Source of the DNA: a virus
DNA length: 64,000 nt
Virus record (IMG/VR): IMGVR_UViG_3300048837_000984
Location: 129,695 to 193,694 of that record
Direction: 5' to 3' (one strand)
A program made the position numbers and the translations under genes. Below, one piece after another: positions 36,247 to 45,394 of the stretch. Numbering within the stretch: the stretch's first letter is position 1; each line of letters opens with the position of its first letter. Below the pieces are notes generated by a model. It was not told the origin of the DNA, ran no database searches, and saw nothing but the letters and a program-made list of their open reading frames with translations.

Positions 36247-38106
36247 ATGACTCCTGTGGAATCAGAAAATGACAGCATGGCCAGACTGGAGAAGTTCTGT
36301 CAGGCCATACGAAGCAACGAAATACGCACCCTAGTTCCGCTCCTGCCGTTGGTTTTCAATCTTAACGACAGGCCTTACTGTTTGCGCGACCATCCGCCAT
36401 TTGAGCCAGTGTTTCAGTCACGACTGGCACGACGGTTGTTGTTGAAGAGCGGTCGACAGGTCAGCAAGTCGACGTCTCTAGCAGCCCGCGGAATTATCCT
36501 TTCTGTTGCGATACCTCACTTCTCGACCCTTTACATCACACCACTCTACGAACAGATCCGTCGATTCTCTACGCAGTACGTTCGACCATTTATCGAGCGC
36601 TCGCCGGTCAAAGACATGTGGGTCGACAGCGGCACCGAGAACAGCGTCTTGATGAAGTCGTTCAAGAACTACTCCAAGATGATTTTCTCGTTTGCCTACC
36701 TGGATGCTGATCGTGTCCGCGGTATTTCTGCACACCAGATGTGTATCGACGAGTGCCAGGACATCGATCGAAACCTGATCCCGGTTATCGCCGAATCGAT
36801 GTCGGCTTCCAGCTGGCGTCTACAGTTCTTCACAGGTACACCCAAAACGCTGGATAACACGATCGAAGGCCTGTGGGATCAGTCTAGCCAGGCAGAGTGG
36901 GCCATCCCGTGCCCATCCTGCAAGCGGCTGAACATCCCGCGTATGGGCTACGATCTGGAAAAGATGATCGGACCGGTACACGACGGCATCGGGCCTAGGG
37001 AGCCCTTCAAGATCCGCGGCAAGCGAACGCCAAAGGCCGGCGTCCCTGCAACCATCTGCGCCTCTTCATCGTGTCGGCACTGGATTGACCCCAGAGACGG
37101 TCGCTGGATTCACAAGCACCCAGATCGCCGCTGGACGTTTCCTGGCTACCACGTGCCGCAGATTATTCTGCCCATGCACTGTGAAGATCAGGAACGTTGG
37201 GGTGAGCTGGTTGCCAAACAGAACGGCTCCTTCAACTACACAGCAGCCAAGTTCTTCAACGAAGTCCTCGGGGAAAGCTATGACGTCGGCAGCAAGCTTA
37301 TCAGCAAGACAGAAATAGAGCAGGCTTGCGTCTTGCCGTGGCAGAACAAACCGAAGGACCCTTACGAGCAGATCGGTCTATCTCGGAACTACGACCTGAT
37401 TATCATGGGAGTCGACTGGGGCGGTGGCGGTGAGGACGAGGTGTCCTTTACGACCGTTGCGATTCTCGGCTGGCGCGCCAGCGGGCAGATCGACGTTATC
37501 TTCGGCGAACGGCTCCTTACGCCACACGACCAGCTCGGCGAGGCCAACCGCATTCTGAACCTGTTCAACGCCTTCGGTTGCCACTTCATGGCGCATGACT
37601 ACAACGGCGCCGGTTCTGGTCGAGAGACGATCATGGTCCAGGCCGGTATGCCTGCGGAAAGAATCATTCCCATCGTGTATTACCGTTCGGCTGCCGCTAA
37701 CATGATGGTCCACAAACCTGGTGTGGAGCAGCACCCCAGAGCCTACTGGCAGTTGGATAAGGCTCGAAGCTTGGTTACACTGTGTCAGGCAATCAAGCTA
37801 GGCGTTATTCGGTTCTTCGCTTACGACCACAAGGGCGACGAAGACAGGGGACTTCTGCACGACCTCCTGGCTCTGGTCGAGAACAAGGTAGAAACAGCCC
37901 GCGGCCCAGACATCTACACAGTCCAGCGCAACCCCATGCTGACAGACGATTTCGCTCACTCCGTCAACTTCGCCGCCTGCTCTATCTGGCACAGAATGCA
38001 GGCGTGGCCCGATCTGGCCTCACTAGCTGGCATTCAGATGAGCTTGTCGCAGATGCAAGCCATGTACCCGGAAGCCGACTACTACGGTTACTTAGGGACG
38101 CCATAG
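36247..38106 (+). CDS. terL: Terminase large subunit (GpA-like)
   Basis: KSGRQVSKST Walker A, IDECQD Walker B, TGTPK, WAIPCPSC, nuclease GVDWGGG and terminal DDFAHS. Confidence 0.88.
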   Translation: MTPVESENDSMARLEKFCQAIRSNEIRTLVPLLPLVFNLNDRPYCLRDHPPFEPVFQSRLARRLLLKSGRQVSKSTSLAARGIILSVAIPHFSTLYITPLYEQIRRFSTQYVRPFIERSPVKDMWVDSGTENSVLMKSFKNYSKMIFSFAYLDADRVRGISAHQMCIDECQDIDRNLIPVIAESMSASSWRLQFFTGTPKTLDNTIEGLWDQSSQAEWAIPCPSCKRLNIPRMGYDLEKMIGPVHDGIGPREPFKIRGKRTPKAGVPATICASSSCRHWIDPRDGRWIHKHPDRRWTFPGYHVPQIILPMHCEDQERWGELVAKQNGSFNYTAAKFFNEVLGESYDVGSKLISKTEIEQACVLPWQNKPKDPYEQIGLSRNYDLIIMGVDWGGGGEDEVSFTTVAILGWRASGQIDVIFGERLLTPHDQLGEANRILNLFNAFGCHFMAHDYNGAGSGRETIMVQAGMPAERIIPIVYYRSAAANMMVHKPGVEQHPRAYWQLDKARSLVTLCQAIKLGVIRFFAYDHKGDEDRGLLHDLLALVENKVETARGPDIYTVQRNPMLTDDFAHSVNFAACSIWHRMQAWPDLASLAGIQMSLSQMQAMYPEADYYGYLGTP

Positions 38107-40608
38107 GTCTGGGCGCTTAATGGCCTTCTTTTCCCACAGCCACATGGGGATTTTTATACTGCCGCGGTTGGTAGCATCCCTGGCGCGTCTTGTCCGCGTC
38201 AGGTAGTGCTCTACCTTGTCGGCATTCAGCAGCGGTAAGCCCATACTCAAGAAGACGTCGTTGATCTTGAGTGAAACGTAGATGCCGTCTTCCTTGGCCT
38301 TGAGCAAGTCGGAAAGTCCTTCCCTCCGATCTCGCTCAAGGGCGCGGAGGATCCCGAAGAAGGCTTCAGGAACGTCTGGGCGTCGGATAGCTCTTGTAGA
38401 CCTGGTCACGGTAACACCGGAACCACCTACCGACTGCAGCCAGTCCGAGAACAGATTTCGGATACGGTGAAGCCAATTTCCCCTCGTCATGTTTGCAGAG
38501 AACTTCACGTCATGCTGCAGAACGTAGTGGAGAAAGTTCGGGATGACGTACGGGATGTTCTCCAGCACGGCGGGAAATCGCTTAATGTGTTTGTGCCAGC
38601 TGTGAGGTATGCCAGCCTGGTTGGCGCGCCAGATCTCTGCCTCCAGCTCCGTAGCGCCGAAGACAACCAGGTTTCTTTCCGTCGTCGGTTCTTTTTTCAG
38701 CTGTCTGGTTGTGACTACAGATGGCCATCCGTCTTCGGATACTTTGCCGGTACACCCGACAGCCTCAACAATTCTTCTGGCAGCCTCCTCGTGGTTCAAG
38801 ACCAGTATTCGACAAGGCTTGAAACCGAACACGGGGGCGAGCAAGTTGTGACAAACGCTGATGACCAGGGACACGACGAACGGGTCCTTCAGCAGCCGAA
38901 CATGGGTCGGAAAGGTTGGACGCGGTCTAGGCGACAGGTTCTTACGTTTGTCGGTAGATGTCGTAACGATCCGACCGCGGTTATCGATGAAGTAGCCTCG
39001 AAAAGCAAAGACCTGGCTGTCCTCGTGCCAGCCGCGGGTTTCTAGATCCTGAACAACCCGAATACAGCTAAGCCGCTTGGCGACGTCCAAAGCATATGCT
39101 TCAGCCTTGTTGCTGTAGAACGGCAAAACGCCGCCATTCTCCCTGGCCACGTGGTTTGCCAGCCAGAGAAGAGGTTTGCTCTCTAGCCGCTCAGCGGGCG
39201 CTAGAAAGTCAATCCGCTTGTCTCCGTGCCTAACCGTGCCGCTGTACTGTCTGACGCCTGTCTCATCAGAGTAAACCATGCGGTCGATTTCAAACGGGAT
39301 TGTCGAGACCAGCTCGTTTGTTTTCTCCAGCTCCCAGCCTCGAGACGTCTCGACAACAACCTTGTCACCGATCTCCACTCGACGATGCATCTTGCAGGAG
39401 GCGTAAACCCTGGCGAACCTTTCTCGGTACTCTGGTCTGGCGTAATTAAAAATTAAGTCCGCGTCGCCAGAGTCCAGCTTGATAACGTTGCAGAGGTGAG
39501 CCAGCTCGTCGTCCGTAAAGAGGTACATGTACTTGCCAACTGACTCGTACCACGGAAGGGATATTCGAGCCACTGTATCGAGCCAGACGTTCAATCCCCA
39601 TTGCCGGATGTAGGCTAGCCCGTTGGTGACGCCGGTAGGAAAGGCTACCCGAGCGTTAACAGCTCTGGCATGCAAGATCAAGCTGCAACTGAGCTTGTCA
39701 CCCCACAACGTGATCGGACGCCCTCGACTTCCCTCTCGAAGGAACGGTGGTGGTGGCCCATCTGGCACTACACCGACGCACGGCAACGGTTTCTTCTGAC
39801 CCGGATTGTTCAGGTAAACGATCTGGACCTTAAGGGCCAAAATAGGATCCACGAAGCCAAAGATCGTGTCGCCAAACCGTTCCGAGGTCTCTTCCATCGT
39901 CTCCAGCATGAGCAAGCCAGAGAACTTGTCTTCCGGCCTTGTTGCGCCAACTTCTCGCCAGACAACGTGTTGACCGGAAATTAGAAGGAGGCCAGAGATT
40001 CTTCCTGGCAAATCGTGAAATGGGGATACCCAGGCCTGTCGCCAGTCCTTCCGACCAGCTCCGGTGAACATCGCCGGGTAGTCGGTAATGTTGGTCCAAA
40101 TAACCCTTTCGATCTCCTTGTTGCCTGCGACACCTACAAAACGACCACCCCTTTCGCGCCACTGAATCATGTTGCGGCTTGACGTGCCCATGAACATGTC
40201 GAAGTACGGGCTTAAGTCCGAGTTGGCTCGAACATCGTTTTCCTTAGCCCGCCGCCAAAATTCGTTGAGTTTCCTCCGGTCGTGAATCCGTTTCTCGGTG
40301 TAGATCTTCAGCTTCCGATCGTTTGCCCGCTCCGGAGGCAGGATACCGTAGTTGATCAGACGCTTGCCGGCTGTCTCAGGTGTCACTCGCCACACGTGTG
40401 CGGCTAATTCCAGCAGGCAGCCGCTGTTTAGACAGGTCGGACAGTGGTACCATTGTGAGTGGCCTGTGGTATCCTGATAAATGGTCATAACCCCTTGTAC
40501 GCACAAAGGACACTGACATGTACAGGGGAGGGTTTTGACGTCAAATTTCAGTCCCAGGACGTCCATCAGGCTCGTCCACTGAATGTACCGGCTTATCGGA
40601 GGCACCAT
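38092..40608 (-). CDS. Primase-like Zn-finger protein with apparently inactive catalytic domains (start may be 40566)
   Basis: CQCPLC...YHCPTC then LLELAAHVW; no Toprim EGxxD, no DxD and no Walker A seen. Confidence 0.55.
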   Translation of the reverse strand: MVPPISRYIQWTSLMDVLGLKFDVKTLPCTCQCPLCVQGVMTIYQDTTGHSQWYHCPTCLNSGCLLELAAHVWRVTPETAGKRLINYGILPPERANDRKLKIYTEKRIHDRRKLNEFWRRAKENDVRANSDLSPYFDMFMGTSSRNMIQWRERGGRFVGVAGNKEIERVIWTNITDYPAMFTGAGRKDWRQAWVSPFHDLPGRISGLLLISGQHVVWREVGATRPEDKFSGLLMLETMEETSERFGDTIFGFVDPILALKVQIVYLNNPGQKKPLPCVGVVPDGPPPPFLREGSRGRPITLWGDKLSCSLILHARAVNARVAFPTGVTNGLAYIRQWGLNVWLDTVARISLPWYESVGKYMYLFTDDELAHLCNVIKLDSGDADLIFNYARPEYRERFARVYASCKMHRRVEIGDKVVVETSRGWELEKTNELVSTIPFEIDRMVYSDETGVRQYSGTVRHGDKRIDFLAPAERLESKPLLWLANHVARENGGVLPFYSNKAEAYALDVAKRLSCIRVVQDLETRGWHEDSQVFAFRGYFIDNRGRIVTTSTDKRKNLSPRPRPTFPTHVRLLKDPFVVSLVISVCHNLLAPVFGFKPCRILVLNHEEAARRIVEAVGCTGKVSEDGWPSVVTTRQLKKEPTTERNLVVFGATELEAEIWRANQAGIPHSWHKHIKRFPAVLENIPYVIPNFLHYVLQHDVKFSANMTRGNWLHRIRNLFSDWLQSVGGSGVTVTRSTRAIRRPDVPEAFFGILRALERDRREGLSDLLKAKEDGIYVSLKINDVFLSMGLPLLNADKVEHYLTRTRRARDATNRGSIKIPMWLWEKKAIKRPDLWRP

Positions 40609-41779
40609 GGATCAGTCTCGTGATCTGAACGGACAACAACTCTACCGGATCGTTCGGACATTCCCCGCTCCGGAGTTCGTAAAGACTGCGTCCACCGTCG
40701 AGTTGTGCGGGGAAAAGCTTGGCAGTCATATGTACGCGGACCCTGTCCGACGCCTTTTCCCTTGCCACACCCCAGCTGCGACCTGGACCAGCGCAGCTTT
40801 CTTTCTTACGAAGAAGGCTGACTTTTCACCGGAAGACCAGAGAGCGATCGAAGATCGTCTGTCCTATTTTGGCAACTTCCACCAGATTGGGAAGCAAATT
40901 CACGACCTTCACGAGAAAGCGGCGGCGCTCAAGCCCAAAGAGGCGACCATCTCGGACGACGACTTTGCGATCGTCATCAAAGAGCGAGACGGTACTGTGA
41001 CCCGCAAGTATCCGATCCGCAACGGGATGGAAATCAAAGCGGCCACAGACTACCTGCACAAGTACCGGGACGAAATGCCGTTTCGGGTTCGACAGGAGAT
41101 CGCTGAAAAGATTCTCCAGAAGGCGGCTTCCCTGGGCGTCACCCTGGGAGACTCGGCTGATTTCGTTGAGAAGCAAGCTGGCTACGGTGCCTGCTCAGCC
41201 AAGGACTGTGCCTCACTGATCACCGGGCGTGTAATCGCTAGCCGTAAGGGGCCTGGACCGGATGGTGAGCTCCAGCTAGAGATGCTCAAGCTGGCCAAGA
41301 TCATTCTGGAAAAGCCATCGCAGCTGCGACAGTCTGGCAGCCTATACAAGGTAGCGGAGATCATCGACAACTTCGACCGTAACAACCGGCTTCAGGAATA
41401 CGGTCCGGCCTTCCCTCGCCTGGAAGACGTCCTCTTTGGCGTCACCCGAGAGAAAATGGCTTCGGTGTCGAAGGACTACACAACGACCATCACGGGAAGC
41501 ATCTACCGACTAGAGGATCTGGAACGCGTCAAGCTGGCCGAGGTGCAAGCCTGGTTTGGCGAAGACATAGCTGAATCGGTTACCTCAGACGGCTTGCGTG
41601 TTGATAGCGAAAAAGCAGCGGAGGTACTCCCCACGCTTCCGCGTGGGGATGCTGAGCTCTTTGACCGTATGATGTCGGATTTAGGCCTTCAACCTGCGGC
41701 CAAAGAGGCTTCGCACTACACTACTGGTCTCAGCCGCGACTTCCTGAAGGAACTAGCGAAGCTGCACCAGCCTGGTTGA
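40607..41779 (+). CDS. Hypothetical virion/head-region protein with two DUF6582-like units
   Basis: GGAGG RBS; RLFPCHTPAATWTSAAFF and RKYPIRNGMEIKAATDYL. Confidence 0.6.
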   Translation: MDQSRDLNGQQLYRIVRTFPAPEFVKTASTVELCGEKLGSHMYADPVRRLFPCHTPAATWTSAAFFLTKKADFSPEDQRAIEDRLSYFGNFHQIGKQIHDLHEKAAALKPKEATISDDDFAIVIKERDGTVTRKYPIRNGMEIKAATDYLHKYRDEMPFRVRQEIAEKILQKAASLGVTLGDSADFVEKQAGYGACSAKDCASLITGRVIASRKGPGPDGELQLEMLKLAKIILEKPSQLRQSGSLYKVAEIIDNFDRNNRLQEYGPAFPRLEDVLFGVTREKMASVSKDYTTTITGSIYRLEDLERVKLAEVQAWFGEDIAESVTSDGLRVDSEKAAEVLPTLPRGDAELFDRMMSDLGLQPAAKEASHYTTGLSRDFLKELAKLHQPG

Positions 41780-42092
41780 TAATCAGATCTGTCTTCTTCT
41801 GCCACCAGCCGGAGGCCTCAGGTTCTCCGGCTGGACAATTCGCCAGATAATCCTCTACCACGCTCTTCTCGAACGCCAGAGCTTCGTCCCGACGCCAGAA
41901 CGGGCCGAACACCTGTTGACAGCCGAGAGGACTGATGTCGACATACCAGCTTCCGCCGTCACCCGGCTCCACGTAGCTGGCCCTGGTCGTCGTTTGCTCC
42001 CCAAGCTCCATGAGAGCCTCAGCCACATCGTCTTCGTAGACGAAACGAACCACGTCATTTTCGACGAACACTCGCACGGTTTCGGCTGACAT
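41730..42092 (-). CDS. Small protein of the AAA/DUF1257/DUF2997 module
   Basis: VRFVYEDD...TRASYVEP...WYVDISP...GPFWRRDEALAFE. Confidence 0.7.
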   Translation of the reverse strand: MSAETVRVFVENDVVRFVYEDDVAEALMELGEQTTTRASYVEPGDGGSWYVDISPLGCQQVFGPFWRRDEALAFEKSVVEDYLANCPAGEPEASGWWQKKTDLIINQAGAASLVPSGSRG

Positions 42093-42249
42093 TCTGGAAG
42101 TACTCCTGCTTCCGAGTAGATTTCGTAACCTTACCGAGAGCTTCCTCTAGAGACCGAGTAAGCTCTTCGCAGGTCGAACCCTTCACGCCGTTGACCTCGA
42201 CAGAGACGTCACCGTTCTCGTCGATCTCGACCACCACTTCCTCAACCAT
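42055..42249 (-). CDS. DUF2997 protein
   Basis: VEIDENGDVSVEVNGVKGSTCEELTRSLEEALG. Confidence 0.9.
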   Translation of the reverse strand: MVEEVVVEIDENGDVSVEVNGVKGSTCEELTRSLEEALGKVTKSTRKQEYFQNVSRNRASVRRK

Positions 42250-42709
42250 TGCCGGTCCTCCGGAACGAGATAACGGTCTTCCCGTTCGCCTTTACTGTGT
42301 TGTGGTGGTGAAAGCCCTTAGCCTTCAGCTTGTCGAGCTGTTTCTCGACGACCTTCTCAGCATAGGCTGACTTGATTTTCTCGCACCCCTTTCCCACCGC
42401 GGTCTCGATTGCTTTACCAGGCCCCCAGAAATCGTAGGTCAGAGTAAAACCGTCGCCAGAAGGGTGTTTTAGGACCCCGATTTCGTAACCACACCCGGGA
42501 ACCCCGATAACGTGTTCGCACTTGCCATAGTCCTCCGTGGCGATGCCGTGCTTGAACGCGGCGTCCTCGCCGTGGTAGTCATTTACCCAGCGGCCATACC
42601 AGGCGAACTTGGTCTTGCCTTCGATGAAGGTAAGACCAAGTTCGGTAACGGCCTCCTTCAGACTGTCGAGATCCTTTATCTGGACCTCGATCGCGCGGAC
42701 GTGAGACAT
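42242..42709 (-). CDS. DUF1257 (Ycf35-like) protein
   Basis: MSHVRAIEVQIKDLDSLKEAVTELG...YEIG...FTLTYDFW...AYAEKVV; GGAGG RBS. Confidence 0.85.
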   Translation of the reverse strand: MSHVRAIEVQIKDLDSLKEAVTELGLTFIEGKTKFAWYGRWVNDYHGEDAAFKHGIATEDYGKCEHVIGVPGCGYEIGVLKHPSGDGFTLTYDFWGPGKAIETAVGKGCEKIKSAYAEKVVEKQLDKLKAKGFHHHNTVKANGKTVISFRRTGNG

Positions 42710-42753
42710 ACAGACCTCCAGAGTGGGGCCAAAAGGCCCCACTCAATCAACCG

Positions 42754-43080
42754 TTATTCGGGCACAACGTACTTCCGATTGATACCGAAGCCACCGACGT
42801 ACTGCAAGGCTCCGTCCTTGACCATGAAGTAGATGGCATCCTGGATAATCGACCGCTTGCCCAGTTCGATCTTGTCCGTAAGTGAGTACTCAAGGACTTT
42901 CTTTACGCCCTTGTGACGTCGAGCCCTGTAAGCGTACTTCTTTTCGAAACGCTCCAGGGCTCGCTCTTTCGTTATCATGTCTCGAACAAGTTCGAGAATC
43001 TCGGCAGTCGTCGTGGCTTCTCCCCTTTCCTTAATGTAAGCCACGATCTTGCGCCGATACACCACTTGCTTGTGTTTCAC
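42754..43080 (-). CDS. Basic, possibly winged-helix protein
   Basis: IVAYIKERGEATTTAEILELV...; 108 aa. Confidence 0.55.
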   Translation of the reverse strand: MKHKQVVYRRKIVAYIKERGEATTTAEILELVRDMITKERALERFEKKYAYRARRHKGVKKVLEYSLTDKIELGKRSIIQDAIYFMVKDGALQYVGGFGINRKYVVPE

Positions 43081-44099
43081 TCCACGGCCTCCAAGATGTC
43101 ATTCGGCTGGATCAACTCCAGCTCGATTGCCCGCTTGAGAATCGTGATGAACGCCCGAGCTGCCGCAGCCTTGTCCTCGGCCGAAGACATACCGACGTTC
43201 GAGGCCGTTCGAGCACGAACCAGAGACTCGGTGAGACCGTTCACCTTGCGGAGAAACTTCTGCCGGTTCGTCAGTGAACCAGTCGTCTTGGTTTTGGTGC
43301 GCTCCCGGGTAGCCGCCATTTCAGCCCGGATAGCGTCCAGGGCCATCAAGGCCGAAGCCTGATCCGGGGCATCCTGGACCCGCTGCACGATACCGGGCAG
43401 ATCTTCGCCGACTGGCTTGAACTCACAGATCAGTCGGGCCAGCTTGACCGTCACCGGGGTGTTGACCCGGCTTCCAGCCTGGACCTTAGCCAGGGCGTGA
43501 ATGTGGTCGTGCGTCAGGCGGAACCGCGCGACGTCGACGCCTTCCTTGAGGACCAGCTGAGTGATGTTGCGCCGCTCTCGGTATTCCAACAGACTCGACC
43601 GAGAGATCTGTACCGTGGCAGATGCGTCCGTGACGCTCAGACCCTGCTCATCGACCAGCTGAGAAGCGTAGATGCACCGCTCTTCGAAAGACACATCTCG
43701 CCCGTGGTTCAGGTTGAAAGCCATGGGCAGCTCTGCCACCGTCCGGTCGTCATCGCACTCGATAACGTAAGCCCGGATGGTCGCCAGCTTGAGAATCTTG
43801 GCCATCTCCGTCCGGTGATATCCGCTCAGGATGACTGGCTTCTTCCCCTTGCGGATGTTGACGACCGGATACGGGAACCGGTTCTCGTGGTGGATGGCCC
43901 CGTCAACCATCTGGTCGACGTACTTCTGGTCGATACGACCGCCCAGAACTCGCCCGTTGTTGACCGTGGAAAAGTCGATGTCCGAAATCTTGACGTCGCG
44001 GACTTCCGCCGCAACCCCGTACTTTGCCATGACGCTCAGCGCGCCATCGTCAGGAATCCACAGGTCGTTACCGTTGACCTTCTTGCTCGCCTTCGACAT
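43077..44099 (-). CDS. ParB/Srx-like domain protein with HTH
   Basis: VKISDIDF...PVILSGYHRTE...NLNHG...LSVTDASATVQIS. Confidence 0.8.
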   Translation of the reverse strand: MSKASKKVNGNDLWIPDDGALSVMAKYGVAAEVRDVKISDIDFSTVNNGRVLGGRIDQKYVDQMVDGAIHHENRFPYPVVNIRKGKKPVILSGYHRTEMAKILKLATIRAYVIECDDDRTVAELPMAFNLNHGRDVSFEERCIYASQLVDEQGLSVTDASATVQISRSSLLEYRERRNITQLVLKEGVDVARFRLTHDHIHALAKVQAGSRVNTPVTVKLARLICEFKPVGEDLPGIVQRVQDAPDQASALMALDAIRAEMAATRERTKTKTTGSLTNRQKFLRKVNGLTESLVRARTASNVGMSSAEDKAAAARAFITILKRAIELELIQPNDILEAVE

Positions 44100-44100
44100 A

Positions 44101-45015
44101 TCAGATCTCCACACTGCGCTTTGGTCGTTGATTGAAAACTTCCGCGTTCTTGACGTCCTCGACAAACAGTCGAAGAGTCTTCACCAGTCCGGATGCGACG
44201 TCGCGAGAACCCTTACGATTGTCGTCGTTCAGGTCCTTGTGACCGACTTCGAGAAGATTCCGGGCACTCCGGATCTTCTCTTTAACTTCAGGAGACGTGA
44301 CGAAGCCGAAAGACTCCATCTTCTCCAGCGCCAACTTGACCGCGGTCAGGTTACTTTCCTTGACAACCCCCTTGGTATCGATACGCTCGGTAAGAGTCGA
44401 AACCGCTTGCTTCAGTTCCTCCTCCATCGAACTAGCGATGACCTTGGCAGTCTCCTTGACCAGGCTCTGGACCTCGCGGACAATCTCACTGGCGTACTGA
44501 ACCGCTTCCTCTCCGCTCAGTTTGTTTTCGCCGTGAGATAGAGGGAGCACGTAGCGTTTCGCTAAAAAACACTCTCGAAGAGCCGCCTCACTTTTTGGTA
44601 GATATTCTCGGATCTCCCGAAATTGGTGCTCTGTGTAAGCATTCTGAATGCTCTGAACAATTTCATCCCATTGAGATACGAACTCCTCAACCGCCGTCGC
44701 GAATTGCGTCTTGATGAGCATATCCGTGAGGTTGAAATACTCGACAGCCTTCGTAGCTGCGACCGCGCTGATCCCGTCGATCGGAAACGGTAGCGAGAAC
44801 CTTCGAAGGAGACCTCTGAGTTCGGATTCGATAGATGAGAATCTCTTGTGCCACTTGTCAGGTAGCAACTTCCAGCGCGGGTTAGTCACGTTCGATTCGG
44901 CCACTTCCTCGCCAGAGACCTGGACTGAAGCGTTCCGAACCTTTCTCTGACCACGCCACCACTGGATTTTCAAATTAACCAGAACAACTGACCGATCAGT
45001 CTGGTTCTGCGTCAT
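44101..45015 (-). CDS. DUF3150-like protein
   Basis: VNLKIQWWRGQRK...WKLLP...LRRFSLPF, helical C-terminus; module context. Confidence 0.6.
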   Translation of the reverse strand: MTQNQTDRSVVLVNLKIQWWRGQRKVRNASVQVSGEEVAESNVTNPRWKLLPDKWHKRFSSIESELRGLLRRFSLPFPIDGISAVAATKAVEYFNLTDMLIKTQFATAVEEFVSQWDEIVQSIQNAYTEHQFREIREYLPKSEAALRECFLAKRYVLPLSHGENKLSGEEAVQYASEIVREVQSLVKETAKVIASSMEEELKQAVSTLTERIDTKGVVKESNLTAVKLALEKMESFGFVTSPEVKEKIRSARNLLEVGHKDLNDDNRKGSRDVASGLVKTLRLFVEDVKNAEVFNQRPKRSVEI

Positions 45016-45394
45016 CTCCTTCCTCTCCTTTGGTTATCCCCTCGAAGAGAGCCTCGACAACGTCGTCGAGTTCGTCCACGGTAGGAGGCCCGTCTGGCCA
45101 GGTGTCGAACACACCGTCTTCGGTCATGTCCTTCAACTCGGCTTTGACCGCAGAGATGCCGAGCTGAACTATGCGGAACATCCTTGAGTTGAACTGCTCC
45201 TGTTCCTTGTCCGCTTCCTCGACGGAAATGTCGTTAATGCTGACAACGGGGCTAATGCCCCACACCCCCTGGTTCAGCAGGTTGGCCTCTTCTCCAGCTG
45301 CTATGGCTTCCTCGACAGTGGCAAAGACCTGGTTGTCCTTGTTGACAACGAAGTCGAAGCCGTTGTGAGGATCGCCGATGAGGATGATGTACAT
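44996..45394 (-). CDS. Acidic hypothetical protein
   Basis: 132-aa ORF overlapping both neighbours. Confidence 0.65.
   Translation of the reverse strand: MYIILIGDPHNGFDFVVNKDNQVFATVEEAIAAGEEANLLNQGVWGISPVVSINDISVEEADKEQEQFNSRMFRIVQLGISAVKAELKDMTEDGVFDTWPDGPPTVDELDDVVEALFEGITKGEEGDDAEPD

Noticed and set aside
35627-39458. Idea that the two AAA-centred boxes are plus-strand promoters for terL and the 40607 gene
   Set aside because: Their intact half-site has the same orientation as in the minus-oriented boxes, and they lie 0.6 and 1.1 kb away, so orientation is ambiguous.
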